A stretch of DNA of 64,000 nucleotides. It comes from Octopus sinensis. Taxonomy: Eukaryota. The number at the start of each line of letters is the position of its first letter. Position 1 is the stretch's first letter. A model generated the notes under the pieces. The model saw only the letters and a list, made by a program, of their open reading frames with translations, was not told the DNA's origin and searched no databases. Both the position numbers and the translations under genes were made by a program. Positions 1 to 13,597 of the stretch are shown one piece after another. The stretch is from assembly GCF_006345805.1 (NCBI RefSeq), contig NC_043014.1, forward strand, positions 26,288,001-26,352,000, read 5' to 3'.

Positions 1-175
1 TGTAGAGTTGAAGCAAACGTGGACCATTTAGTTATTTTTGACATTCATTAAAGAAACCTTTTATTCAAGATCATCTCAAAGTTGAATTCCCCAGGCACAG
101 ATTTACGAGACAAAATGACTGGACACAACATAACACTGAAGAAGTCTCGAAATATAACAGCACAGAAATAGATAA

Positions 176-592
176 AGGAGTGGCTGTGTGGTAAGTAGCT
201 TGCTTACCAACCACATGGTTCCGGGTTCAGTCCCACTGCCTGGCACATTGGGCAAGTGTCTTCTACTATTGCCTCGGGCCGACCAAAGCCTTGTGAGTGG
301 ATTTGGCAGATGGAAAATGAAAGAAGCCCGTCGTATATATGTATATATATATATGTGTGTGTGTGTGTATATATATATATATGTATATATATGTGTGTGT
401 GTATATATGTGTGTCTGTATTTGTCCCTCAACATCGCTTGACAACCGATGCTGGTGTGTTTACGTCCCAGTAACTTAGCGGTTCGGCAAAAAGAGTCCGA
501 TAGAATAAGTACTAGGCTTACAAAGAATAAGTCCTAAAAGGCGGTGCTCCAGCATGGCCATAGTCAAATGAAACAAGTAAAACAGTAAAAGG
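176..592 (+). mobile_element. tRNA-derived SINE, family 1
   Basis: Head AGGAGTGGCTGTGTGGTAAG...GGTTCAGTCCC (Pol III A/B-box-like), internal (TA/TG)n, tail CCAGCATGGCC...GAAACAAGTAAAA. Many copies in the window. Confidence 0.85.
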
Positions 593-1149
593 GTAAGAAA
601 CCGAAATTGAAATTACATTTTATAGAAATTAAGTAATAACTTACTTAATTGCTATCAACGAGCAAAAAATTCCTATGTTGGCTATAACAACAGAATGGGA
701 ATATATTGGGATGAATTTCACCCAGAGCTAAATCATTTCGCCAAATTAATTACGATGAGTAACACTGTTGAATGCAAGAGGCGGGTGAGTTGATTATTAT
801 GATTTTCTTTCCAAAAGTGAAAGAAGAGCATAAATAACAGTTTTCTTATTCTTGGGACACATCTACTTACAGCGAAGTGGACACTACATTGCAAATCAGA
901 ACAAATTCCTATTCTCACTGTTATCACGCAGTAAGTCAAACCGTTCATATCTAACAGTTAGTAAGTAGATAAGAAGCCAAGAAAGTTGATGTATTTTAAG
1001 ATAGGAGCGAGAGAGAGAGAGAGAGAGAGGGGGGGGGGAGAGAGAATATATACATATATATATACATATATATATATATGTATATATATATAAATGCATA
1101 ATGAAATAGATAATTAGATAATTGAAATGTAATCGTAACGAAATGTTTC

Positions 1150-2700
1150 AAGAAAGAATTACTTCGTTTTTATACCTCCCACTAAAAGAGATCTTTTCTG
1201 AGTTGGTGTTGACAGTATTCAACAAAATCATTTTAGCAAATAAATACCAGTTAATATACCCTCTTCGCAAATGCTAAACGGTATTTTGGATATACTAAAC
1301 GAGTAATTAACGAGGAAACAATAATAATGTGTCTTCACAATCTTAATTAGAAAAACCGGAAAAAGATCGTTCAGTTTTGTGGCGACACTTATCATACGCA
1401 AACGGAAAAAATAACTGTATTATTCCCAACAGAAAATGAAAAATAAGATAGAAACAATAGCTGGAAATAGTAAGATGAGAAAACTTAAGTATGAATTAAT
1501 CACATCTGAAATTAAAAGCAGTGAGTGAGAAACTCCAGTATCAGAAGAGAGAAAGTAAAAGGATTCAGTTGAAATCAGTCAACAGTTTTCAGAGATATGA
1601 GCTAACAACCAATAGAACTCGTAGAGGCTCCAACTCAGCAAAATACAGATTTATTCTGGAAAATCTAGAGTAAGAGAAAGTTTAAGTAGGATGCTGTGTG
1701 GCTACAAGAAAAAAACTAAAATAAAAATTCTTCCAGTATGCCATCAAATGTTTGCATATGAGACTGATAGGAAAAATTTAAGAGTACAAAACACCAGGAA
1801 GAAAACTGATTGCCTGATACTAGTACTAAAACTTGGCATCTAATAAGGGTTATTTTATTGATCGCAACCAGCCAGTTTTCATTGGATATACAATATACAA
1901 AGCTATCTAGTATATTGTATAGTAAATTTGTATATTATATCCCCAATGAAACAAGACTAGCAACGAAAGATAATTTCGTTCAGATGGCAAAGAACTACCG
2001 ACCAGCTGTATGTCAGAATTTAATATGAAATCTATAAACCATTTCCTTGATATCACTGTGCAAATTACAATATCTTCAAGTAGTTCCGATAAACAGAATT
2101 TGGTGAAGTTCTTGAAGAATTCCTTACAAGATATAAAAAAAGACTGTACTTGCAACGCTGGGGGTGGGGCTGGCAGAACAGGGACAACTTGATTACAATT
2201 TTGCTGGAATAAAAAAAAGTATTCGATTTGACCCACTACTCCTGAAAACTATTGGATCTCAGACGAGCTAAACTTTCAGAGGCTGTATAAGGACGATAGA
2301 CAACCTTTTAGGATATCATCTTGAGGCTAAATACTGGAAGTGATTGTGTTGTCACAGATTGAGTAAGTTATCACAGGGTTATATATATCAATAGAGAAGT
2401 ATTTCTCTGAGGTTCCTGATTCGTGCAGCGAAGTTCTTGCTTTTCTTTTTGTTGATGCAATCTGAAGAGTATGTAATTAGCCCACAGGAAGACAGAAATA
2501 CGAATTTGACACAGCTATATAGCTTTCATTGTGAACCATCGAGAAGCATACGCTTAAACTGTATAAAGAAGAGCTTTGACTCGTGTAAAATTTTTTTAAA
2601 GGATATAGAAATGTAGATTGGCCATGATAAATAATCCAAACTGATGGTAGAAAGAGTGAAACTACAAGTTAGGTTAGTTACAATACCAATAGCCCCGATA
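1150..2700 (+). pseudogene. Heavily decayed non-LTR retrotransposon RT remnant
   Basis: Frame-broken RT-like motifs in the expected order: KKVFDL (KAFD), YIYIN (YIND), FVDA (FADD), RLNCIK (LNxxK). Boundaries approximate. Confidence 0.4.
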
Positions 2701-2737
2701 TTCTAGGAAGAAGGTTACCTGAACGTAGGGGTGGATT

Positions 2738-2797
<60 letters not shown>

Positions 2798-2881
2798 AAG
2801 GGTGAAAAGGAACACACGAGTTGATATATATGAAAAAACAAGTAAAAAATAGAAAATGCTAAAATAATTTTATAGTGAACA

Positions 2882-2925
2882 TTTCAGTACCGGTTTCGGT
2901 CATTTTGAGACCTTTTCAACTGTAA
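2882..2925 (-). ncRNA. Minimal type I hammerhead ribozyme, U3-A8 variant, in PLE1 3' pLTR
   Basis: Minus strand reads CAG-TTGAAAA-GGTC tcaaaat GACC-GAAA-CCGG-TA-CTG. Confidence 0.7.
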
Positions 2926-5900
2926 CGATTAAATAATTAAATTTAGAAAAATTAGAAGAAAAGTTTTCTTAAAAGAATATTTCTATAGTAGTGTTCAGAT
3001 TTAAGTGGCATTCTGCCTTTCTCTGACTCCCTTGTTTGCACTTGTGTGTTCGAGGTAGTTGTGAGTTCTTGGTAGGGTAGTAGAGGGAAGGCTGGTGAGG
3101 AAAGGGGGGGTGGGAGAATCTGGGAGTGCCCTGATGGTCGTATTTTGAATGGTCAGTGGTGGCTGGCAGTCTCAGTTCAATTCAGGAGAATATTTATATT
3201 GACAGGCTTGTTTATAGAATTAGCGTAGGTGTTATACTAAAAAACATTAGTGACAAACTTAAGGGGTAGGGGGTGGAGAAGAAGAAGAAGAAGAAGAAGA
3301 AGAAGAAGAAGAAGAAGAAGAAGGAGGAGAAGGAGAAGATGATGGTGATGGTGGTGATGATTATGACGACGATGATGATGATAACGATGATGATGAAGAA
3401 GAAGGAGGAGAAGGAGAAGATGGTGGTGATGATGGTGGCGATGATGATGACGCCGATGATGATGATAACGATGATGATGAAGAGAAGAAGAAGAAAAAAA
3501 CAGAGAAGGGAGAATATGAATGGGTGTAAATATAGCTATGAAGGGGCTGATTAGTAATGATTCTATGGAGTGTAGTATTGTGTGTGTATATATATTTTTT
3601 TCTTTTATTCTAAAGTTGAGGTATATTAATTGTTTGTCGTAGACCCGTTAAGAAGTGGCTTGTATTTTGTAATAAAGAGATTTTCTTTACTTATTCTTTG
3701 TCTCGAGGTTGTATCGTCCCTAAATTGGTAGAGGGGGAAAATTCTGAAGTTTGGTGTTTTTTGTTGGCGCAAGTATCTATGTGTTGGCTAAAAGCTATTT
3801 TTCTGTTTTGGGGAATTTTTATCTGGGATCTGTGCAGGCCATTCGTTTACGCAAACCATTTTTTGTTTGGCCTATGTACTGCTCTTGACACCCGGAGCAG
3901 GTTAGTGAGTATATTAGGTTCTCCGAAGCACATGTGAAGTTGCTTTTCACTGTAAACCGTTGTCCCTGTTTGAAGGAGAACTCAGAACCCTCGATTAGAT
4001 AGTCGCATATCCCGCAATTGGGTCTTCCACATTTTTTTACTGTCGGCTTCTGTGTTGAAGAGTGAATTCGGGCTTGTGTAAGGAGACTTTTCATGGATCT
4101 AGGCTGTCTTTTGCTTTTTATGATCGTGTGTGTTGGAGGATTGTGTTCATTCTGTGGTCTTTTTTTAGGAGGGGTATGTTGTGGAGGATGGTGTCGAAGG
4201 CTTCGTTATTGAGAGGGTTGTGTGGAGATGTATGGTAAGGCTTTTGGTTGTAAGTTTTTCTTTGATTTGGGATGTCTCAGTTCCTTGATGTTAAGTTGAA
4301 GGGCACGTTGAATGCACTTGTCAATAAGTGAAGGTGGATAGTTCCTGGTGATTAGGGTATCTTTTAGTTCTTGTAGTCGTGTGTCTCTGGTGTTTGCGTT
4401 AGAGACTATAGTGCATATCCTTTTTGCTAGATTGAAGGGGATATTCATCCTGGTGTGTCTGGGGTGGCATGAATTGAATGGAAGATATTGCTTAGAGTCT
4501 GTAGGCTTATAGTATATGTCTGTTTCTATTATATTATTAGCTTTCTTAATGAGGATATCGAGGAAGGGGAGTTGTTGTTGGCTATATTCCATCGTGAATG
4601 GATGTTTACGTCCAGTCCGTTTAAAATTTTCTGGAATTCTATGAGTTTTTCTATATTTTTATGCCAAAGGATGAAACAGTCATCTAGATATCTCTTCCAG
4701 TTGTTTTCTATGTAGATGGAGAAAGGGCTGCCATATCTTTCTAGAACCTTACGATACAGACTGATCTCTAGGTATCCTATGACTAGGTTGGCAAAGGAGG
4801 GGGCCATTCGTGTACCCATCGCAGTCCCCGATTTTTGTCGGTAGAAGTTGTCATTGAAGGCGAAGAAGTTATTTTCCAGGATGAATTTAACCCCTTCTAT
4901 CACAAATTCTTTTTTGATGCGGTGTGGTAGTTCGTTGGCGTGATTCTCTAGCCAGAATTGGATTGCCTCTAGTCCTAGGTTGTGGGGGATATTGGAGTAG
5001 AGGTTAACTACATCGAAGGATACCAGTATGGTGTTTTTGTTTATAGTATTCGGTAGGTGATTAAGCATATCTAAGTCGTCCCTTATATAGCTTTTGACAT
5101 GTTTGAGGAGTGGTTTCAACAGGGTGTCTAAAAAGTTACTGAGGCGGTGGGTTTCGCATGCGGGACCTGCTATTATGGGTCTCAATTTGAGGTCATTAGG
5201 ATTAGGGACTTTAATTATTTTGTCTGTAGCTATCTTGCATGCGTTGCTTATTTTTTCACTTTTGTGGATCTTAGGTATACCGTAGAATTGGCTAGTTTTA
5301 CTTGTGAAATTGGTCATATAATCATATTCTTTGTCGGTGAGCCCTGCTTTGTATGGGTTTAATATGGATTTTAGTTCCCTCATTATTTTTTGTTGACTGT
5401 AGTTTTGTGCCTTTTCATAGTATGTTGTGTCTTCCAGCATAGAAAGTACCAAAGTTATGTAAAATGTCGTATCCATTAAGACAACAGCACTCCCTTTATC
5501 GGCCTCTTTGATTGTTATTGTTTTATCTAGTTTTAATTTGTTCAACTCAGCCCATTCTTTTTTGCTGAAGTTTGGTTTGTGTTTTTGTTTGTGCATATGT
5601 TGATATGGGTAATTTGATATGTGGTCACAGAAATCATCAAGTGTTTTATTCTTACCTTTCGAGGGGGTGTAGTTACTCCTATTTCTGGCTAACGATTCGT
5701 CCTCGTTGTATTTATCGTATAGCTCCTCAGTAAGTCTTAATTTTCTGCAGAATTCTGCGATGTCTTCTTTCATTTCATTGTAGTTGGGGTGTTGTGGGGT
5801 GGGTTTTTTAGTATAACACCTACGCTAATTCTATAAACAAGCCTGTCAATATAAATATTCTCCTGAATTGAACTGAGATTGCCAGCCGCCACTGACCATT

Positions 5901-6121
5901 CAAAATACGACCATCAGGGCACTCCCAGATTCTCCCACCCCCCTTTCCTCACCAGCCTTCCCTCTACTACCCTACCAAGAACTCACAACTACCTCGAACA
6001 CACAAGTGCAAACAAGGGAGTCAGAGAAAGGCAGAATGCCACTTAAATCTGAACACTACTATAGAAATATTCTTTTAAGAAAACTTTTCTTCTAATTTTT
6101 CTAAATTTAATTATTTAATCG

Positions 6122-6165
6122 TTACAGTTGAAAAGGTCTCAAAATGACCGAAACCGGTACTGAAA
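6122..6165 (+). ncRNA. Minimal type I hammerhead ribozyme, U3-A8 variant, in PLE1 inverted pLTR
   Basis: Identical to the 2882-2925 motif; predicted cleavage after A6159. Confidence 0.7.
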
Positions 6166-6211
6166 TGTTCACTATAAAATTATTTTAGCATTTTCTATTT
6201 TTTACTTGTTT

Positions 6212-6275
<64 letters not shown>

Positions 6276-7087
6276 CAGTGTAAAAATTTAGTCTTTCGAC
6301 ACGCTAGACCACTGGAAATGAAAATTTCTATTAATTTCCATTTCCCTACACACATACACACACATACACACACGTACACGAACAGACACATACACACACA
6401 CACACATATATAAGACATGTAATGAGAAATGCAAAATATGATCCTCAGAGTTTTAGCATACAATAAATCATTAGTCCACGATGTGCTTCTGCAGCAGTAC
6501 ATTTAGCAACATAAGGTGAACTCGATTCAATGTGCAAATACGAAAATAAAGAAGATACTTAACAGCTACACGAACAAACTTTGAATATCGAATGACATCT
6601 CTTAGTCACTATTTCCTAACTATCAAGCGTTGGTGTGCACTTTAAATACACTAAGTGAATACCATGAATGTCGGAAAGAAGCCACTCAGAAAGTATTCTC
6701 CAACTTTCAATAATGGATATGTACTCGGATTTGGTACAGCTCTAAAACAACAGGGCACCTCAAACACTTTCCTCTCACATTTCCTACGATTTAGTCCAGG
6801 GTTTATATGGCTGTCAGAAACTATTGTTACAAGTGTATATGTGTCAGTTATACGCGCGCGCGCACACACACGCATACACACGAATACACAGATATATGTG
6901 TGTGTGCGCGTGTGTCTGTGTCAAAGGGGAAAGGAAAGATTCTGGTAAGGTCAAAACAATTGAAAGAGATGTTCAAAAAACATTAAATGAGATACAAAAT
7001 AGGCGATGTAACAGTTTTAAAATGCCTTTAGCACTGTGCATGGAATGTGTTAGAAAGAAAAGAGGCTGTAGTGCGAGGCCATGTACG

Positions 7088-7153
<66 letters not shown>

Positions 7154-7316
7154 CACCAGTCTTTCTGTCTGTCTGTCTCTTTGTCTCTCTCTATATAAAT
7201 GAATATGCATGTATACATATATATATGTGTGTGTATTTATATATACATATGTATATTTTCCGCTTGTTGTCTTTTTATTTAATCCGGAAATTTATGTATA
7301 TATGTATGTATGTATG

Positions 7317-7348
<32 letters not shown>

Positions 7349-7375
7349 TGTATGGCTAATATATATTTTTAACAA

Positions 7376-7719
7376 GTTAGCTGGCTAATCGCCCGGCGTT
7401 GCTCGGTTTGTAAGGGAAATAACTATATAAGCATTTTTAGAGATGTAAAGTATAATAGCCATCTCAATATGGCTAACCACAAGGGGGGGGGTACTGTAGC
7501 TTTTTACGTTCTGAGATTTAATAATAAATTTTTAGAGAGTTACTTCCCTTATATATGCCAAAAATGCATTAAAAATGGGAAACATTGATGGTAAATTTTT
7601 TGAATCACGACTATAAGATACCCTGTTTTGGTTAAACTGCACCGCAAAATGTGGGAGTAGTTAGGAATCTAAATCGTAGGAGACAGACAGCACACAACCT
7701 CACTTTTATATATAAAGAT
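7376..7719 (+). mobile_element. Non-autonomous Helentron/HINE (DINE-1-like) element
   Basis: 5' end TAGCTGG..CGCCCGGCGTTGCTCGG and 3' end AGACAGACAG...TTTTATATATAAAGAT resemble HINE termini. Related copies near 48800-49181 and 49795-50020. Confidence 0.5.
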
Positions 7720-7998
<279 letters not shown>

Positions 7999-8514
7999 CG
8001 TGTGCGTGTGTGTATAAACAGACAGACAAAGACAGACAGCCAGACAGACCGACAAATAGATAGATAGATATTTCATTTCAGTTCAAATCAGTCGTTTATT
8101 TATATCTATTTTTCTTTCAATACAAAGTTAGAATAACAGATAATAGCATTTCTCAGCTATTCAGCAAAGTTATTTCGGATCTTTTCTGATGGGCTGCCAT
8201 TTTCCAATTTCTTCAATTTTTGCTCCAATTTATTTTATATTTGATGTTTTGGTACAGTTTTGTATGGTAATCATTGACTTGAAGTAAATTTTCGCCATAA
8301 GTCAATAAATAAAGAGTTAATAGCTTTTAAAGTTTTCAAATGTTGGGTAATTTTAGTCAGTCAAAAGTCACAGACATATAGGTGCTTGTTACCATTGTAT
8401 CAAGCCAAGCTATTACCAAGCTGCTTACCCACGTGGACACTTTTCGCTTATTAAATGCTTAAACACATGAGGTATGAGGTGTTCGTGAGATGTGCTAAAA
8501 TATTCGGCCATAAA

Positions 8515-8745
8515 TCATGCACCAATTTGTTTTTGCTTTTGTACAATCGTATGTATTCCCGTGTGTAGAATACAAATTCGCCAAAAGTTTATGAAAATTC
8601 CAAATAATAAAAAAGTTGTGAGGCAAGCTTAAAGCAGAATTCCCCCAATATTTCATTTATTTATAGTTGACAACACGTGCAGTCACGCACAAAATGAGAA
8701 CTTCCAAATCTTGTTTATTGACTGGATAAAAATGATCAAATTTTA
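8515..8745. repeat. Diverged dispersed repeat, inverted copy at about 18430-18645
   Basis: GTGTAGAATACAAAT...GAAAATTCC and TCACGCAC...AAAATG.TCAAA recur in reverse complement at 18430-18645. Confidence 0.6.
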
Positions 8746-9555
8746 AACCTCTTTAACTTTTTAAAAGCAATTTTCTGGAAAAAGTGAATTAGCTCCTGAG
8801 ATTCAACCTGGAAAACTACATTAATACACCAAATTAAAAAGTTTTTCGAAATTTTTAAAACGTCCCAAACAGAAAAGATCCATTCTTTCATTTTCAGGGA
8901 AAAATCCATCTTCATATTTCTAAGTTTACTATCATATCTAATGTAAGCCTTCCTTCTTCCATCCAGCCTTCGATGTATTTATCAACGTAGATAGATAGAT
9001 ACATAGATAGATATAGCGTTCAACAGAAAGAAGATATAAAAAGTTTAGATCATTAAAATGTTATTTTCTTGTCAGTCACAATAATATATGATGTTTAAAA
9101 GTTCTCTCTGCTTAAAACTTTATTTTTCTCCCTTTTTTCTATCTATCTCTTACTACAACAAACTTTTAACCATGTAATTCCCCTCATTATTATTTCCCTC
9201 TTTCTCTTCCCCTCTCACTTCCACTAATCACATGACAGTTTAATGCATCGGCTGACAAAAATGTCATTACCCTCTTCCCACTCTCTCTACTTGTCTTTTT
9301 TCAACCTCACCACCAGAATTTCATCCCTCTACTAAACATTATTTGTAACTCGCTTTCTCTATAGTACTTCAACTAACTTTTAATCACGTATAACTATTAC
9401 GTTTCTCTTACCACACGTCATTAACACATTCCTTTCCCTCCTTCCCTCTCGCTCTTCCTTTCAATTAATCACGTGTCAGCATAACACATTTCAGCCTTAG
9501 CGAGGTTCTTTCTACTTTAGGTTTGAAATTTGGTTGGGGAGGGCGGGGTATGGAG

Positions 9556-9692
9556 CTAGTCGATTACATCAAGTCTCCCAAGAATGAAAAGCAAAGTCGA
9601 CCTCATGGGAATTTGAACTCAGAACATAAAGCCAGAAAAAATGCTGCTTAGCATTTTGGACGGCATGCTAGCGATTTTGCCAGCACGCTGCC
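9556..9692 (-). mobile_element. tRNA-derived SINE, family 2 fragment
   Basis: Reverse complement gives GCTGGCAAAATCGCTAGCA...TTCTGAGTTCAAATTCCC..GAGGTCGACTTTGC, as in the 32117-32345 copy. Confidence 0.7.
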
Positions 9693-10786
9693 TTAATGAT
9701 TCTGTAATAATAATAATATTTTTAACTGGTTGCAAGACCCCGACTTGTTGGAGGCAAAATATGAAAACAGAGGAGAGTTTACATCGAATAAAATGAAGAG
9801 AACCAATTATAGCCAAGAGCTTGTTGATATAAAAAAAATGTCAGCTTGGGCCTGTTTTGGTTTTCTCAGCAATATCAGCAGGAAACGGCAACAAAATATC
9901 AACAACAACAAAACCAAACAACAACAGTACCAAGATTGCCGGAAGCCACGCTATTTCTTCAACACCTGTTGGTTCTCAGCCTTGTATTAATAACAGAGAT
10001 ACGGCATTCACTTTTAATTCATATTCGGTAGAGAAGAATAACAGGTCGTTAATTGAATGAAGTCCGCAACGCAACCAAGACATTAACAAACCAGGATATT
10101 AAAAAATAAACAATAGAATGAGGTGACAGCAACAATGAAAGCAGCGGTGCGTGTTATTTAAGAAAGAATACACACAAATATAAAGCAAAATCGGTTAGTT
10201 CAACCCACAGTGCATACACACCCGTGCGCGTACATACTACATACATATACACACGTACATTCACACGTGCGTATGTGTGTATATGTATGTAGGATGTATG
10301 CATGCCCGCGCGTGTGTGTTGTGTATATGAGTGTGTAAAGCGAAAGAGGGAGAGTTTTTGTCAATGTTACATGTAATAAGACATTTTTCGCTTTGGCCCC
10401 ATTTTCAGTCTCTTGTTATTCCTCATACTTCAGTTCCTTTCTTGATGAAGCAGTGAGTTTTCTCTTTTTGCTTTACTGACCCTTTTATTTTCTACCATCC
10501 TGCTTAATGAAAGACGGAAGCCGGTGAATCTTTACAGGAATTGTTAGAAATATCAACCGAATCTCTTTCAAATCATATCGTAGTATGTTTTAAACACAGT
10601 GAAGGCGCATTGAATAATGTAGACGGCCAACAATATACCTAGAGAAAAAAGAAAAAAAAGACGAGTTCATCAATATCAATATGATCAATACTAAAGTGGT
10701 CTCGATGCTCATAGATCTGCTCGTTGACAAGCTGACCAGAAGCTAAACAACAACAACAGCAACAGCAACAACAACAACAACAAAAA

Positions 10787-10820
<34 letters not shown>

Positions 10821-12931
10821 ACACCACCACCACCACCACCACCACCACCACCACACCACCACCACCACCATCACCACCAGCAACAACACTACTACGTTGT
10901 TGCTTTCAACTTAACCCTTTTTTTCAAGTCCTTTTAATGTATTTTGTTGCTCTGTTGCTTTCTTATATGCCAGCATTAAAACACTCTAATATCCTAGTTA
11001 AGATACTCGTCTCCTCTTAAGAAGCTCAACTGTAGATAAGATTACTCTGAATTAAACTGACCTGCTTAGACTAGAGATGGTTCTAGGCAGAAAAGTCTAA
11101 AAATTACAGACTCGTCAAAGTCCTCTATATTTACAACCATAGAATATATGAAATAGCATTGGGCCTCTAAGAACAATGCCTACCCCACTTTATTTAACAA
11201 ACCAATGTATCCCTGACTCAAGACAGCACCGGTTCTAACAGTCCCTGTCTCATGAAACTACTTTTCTAATGCTCGGTGCTAGACCATAAAGATCTTTTTC
11301 TTTTCTTTTTTTTTGTCATAGAAGGGCTTTCTCTGACGTTTGTTTCAAGGCCACTTCTTGTTACACTAATTCGCTTTGCGAAGTTTAACTACTCGTAATT
11401 GTTAACTGGACCAAGAACAGCACCTTTTTTTTATTTGCCTCTTTCCTCGATTTCATTGTAAATGAAATAGTTGGAAAAATTTTCTCTGTGAATTCCCTAT
11501 GGCAAAATATTTTAGACACCAAATGGAGAATAGTCATAGTTTTTTCCCGATTTAACATCACGGAAACCTGCTCATGGAAACTTGTATCGGAGTTCACTCT
11601 GTTGTGAGAACATGCACAAAGTGTCCGATTTGCTGCGATGCGCAGTTTTTATTGCACCATTCCTTGCGGCCCATCAGTGCTTTTAGAGACGCAAGTAGAT
11701 ATCATTCCGCCAGAGATATTTCCCCCAAAATTTCCTTATAAGCTTACTGGATTACCGAAAATCATTGACTAATGGTGTAGTGAAGTGATTACCTTTAACC
11801 CATTAGTCATTTCTCATCTTCTCCTCCAGATATAGGGTTCTTGAAAATGTCCTAAAGCTTACCTTACACCTTTGACTAACGTTGGTTACGGTCAGGGCTT
11901 GATCTTGTATGTTCTATTACAATTGAAGCCCATTCAACTTTTCTAACGTATAAAGAATTATGATGGGTTACGAGAAGCTTCCTACTTCATGACTTTGACA
12001 TCTGGTTAGGTGACTTATATATTGTTGTTATTGCTGATGATTTGTAACTGTTGTTGGAGCACAATATTTGAAGCAAAAACGAAAAAGAAAAAAAAAAGAT
12101 CGGAGCGTCACAACTAGCATACCTTGGAACCATAGGTATTCTGATTCAAGTTAAATTTGGTTTAAAAAACAAAAAAATAAACGAAAAATACATGTATTCC
12201 TCGCTCTCTCTCTCACACACATATTATTCATGTGTATATGTGTGTGTGCGCACGCGCTATGTAAGGATGTGTGAATGTATGCGTGAATGTATATGTGAAT
12301 GTATATATGTGTAAGTTTGTGTGAATGTATGTGTATATTCCATACACATACTCATATACACATATGCTTCTTACACATGTGTATATTTTTCACAATATGA
12401 TTGTCGTACACACACACATATACACATACACACCCATACGCACACATTCTCCTTACACATAAAAACACAGAGCACATGTTCATTTCAGTATTGTTGTCAA
12501 CATTCGTTAGATAATGGAAGCCAGCTTGGTTGTGTGTTTTCGAAGTTCGCTTTACAACCACATTGTTTCAGATTTGATTGTTCTGTGCATTGAGGTTGAA
12601 TATGTAACAAATGTCTTCAATAAAATCCTCGAATTGCCCAAAACCTTGTGATTGAAATCTGGCAGATGAAAACCGTGTTGAAACCAACCGTGCAAGGGAC
12701 GGTCTCGGTTCTTGGGTATTAGATTTAATCCACCACTCAGTTTAACACCATCACCTGGGTCTTTGGTTGCCTTGCCAATGGAGGCCATTCTGTGACAAGC
12801 ATTTCAGGCCAGGTTTTGAACCTGAAGATAACTTCCCCATTTCCTTCTATCAGGTCTGTAATTCTGATCTTCCTCTTGAGACTAAGCCATAGACATAATT
12901 TAAAACTAACTCATCTTCTCCATCTTTACAG

Positions 12932-13115
12932 TGTTTCAAGATGTCCACGTCATGATATTTGTTGGATTCGGCTTTCTAATGACTTTTCTGAAGAGATACG
13001 GTTATGGCAGTGTCGGCTACAATTTCCTAATTGCCGCCTTCATATTGCAATGGTCTACGCTGGTAGGAGGTTATCTGCACGGCAAAGGAAAGACGATTCA
13101 CGTGGATATGTTAAG
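12932..13115 (+). CDS. Rh: Rh-family ammonium/ammonia transporter, first coding exon found (equivalent to vertebrate exon 2)
   Basis: Encodes (M)[31 protein letters not shown], the Rh hallmark. Acceptor tttacag, donor AG|gtaat; 184 nt, phase 1 to 2. Confidence 0.96.
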
Positions 13116-13597
13116 GTAATAGGTCATTCCTTTCTTACTTCCTCGTATAAATATACGTATGTGTATGTATGTGGGCATGTGTGTGTTTGAGAGAGAGAGA
13201 GAGACAGAGAGACAGAGAGACAGAGACAGAGACAGAGAGGCAGCAATGTGTGTGCGTGTGAGTGAGTGTGTGTGCGCGCGCATGCATAAGGAGAGGCGGT
13301 AACTGTATCTGTATAGGGCTAGATAATCCAGATTCATTTTTGAAAATGAACATTTTTATACTTATTTCATTTGCCAACATTATAAAGAGGGTAGATATAT
13401 AGACAGAGAGGTTCATTTCATCAAGAACATGGTAGTATAAGGTCCTTCTCCATCTGCAGACTTTTTATCACTGAGTTCACTTTGTTATTTAGCTTTACCA
13501 ATGGGGAGGGGGTTGTTTTATTTGGTTCAATGGAGACGAATAAGAAGTTTTTCTATTTATAGATAGAGGAAGGGGTAGTACAAATGTCAAAGCCATG

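Larger units (their letters stand above)
2825..6222 (-). mobile_element. Penelope-like element PLE1: 5'-truncated, RT plus GIY-YIG, inverted terminal pLTR copies
   Basis: Minus ORFs 4529-5773 (RT: SFDVVNLYSNIP, GTAMGTRMAP, YLDD), 4206-4592 (PFLD thumb) and 3819-4094 (CSGCQEQYIGQT), separated by frameshifts. 2825-3243 is the reverse complement of 5805-6222. Confidence 0.93.

Noticed and set aside
690-930. Two exon-like segments (donors gtgagt near 785 and gtaagt at 931) as a possible Rh exon 1
   Set aside because: The translations (GIYWDEFHPEL..., RSGHYIANQNKFLFSLLSR) lack a transmembrane helix and the expected YP before MFQD; unsupported without RNA data.
2010-2192. ORF ending CNAGGGAGRTGT, resembling the tyrosine phosphatase HCSAGxGRTG loop
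   Set aside because: Spacing is wrong, the His and other PTP motifs are absent, there are no splice signals, and it lies inside a decayed LINE RT remnant.
3273-3554. 93-aa K/M-rich ORF
   Set aside because: Translation of a (GAA)n/(GAT)n simple repeat inside PLE1.
10381-10460. FSLLLFLILQ stretch resembling Rh TM1
   Set aside because: An in-frame TGA follows within three codons and there is no usable start.
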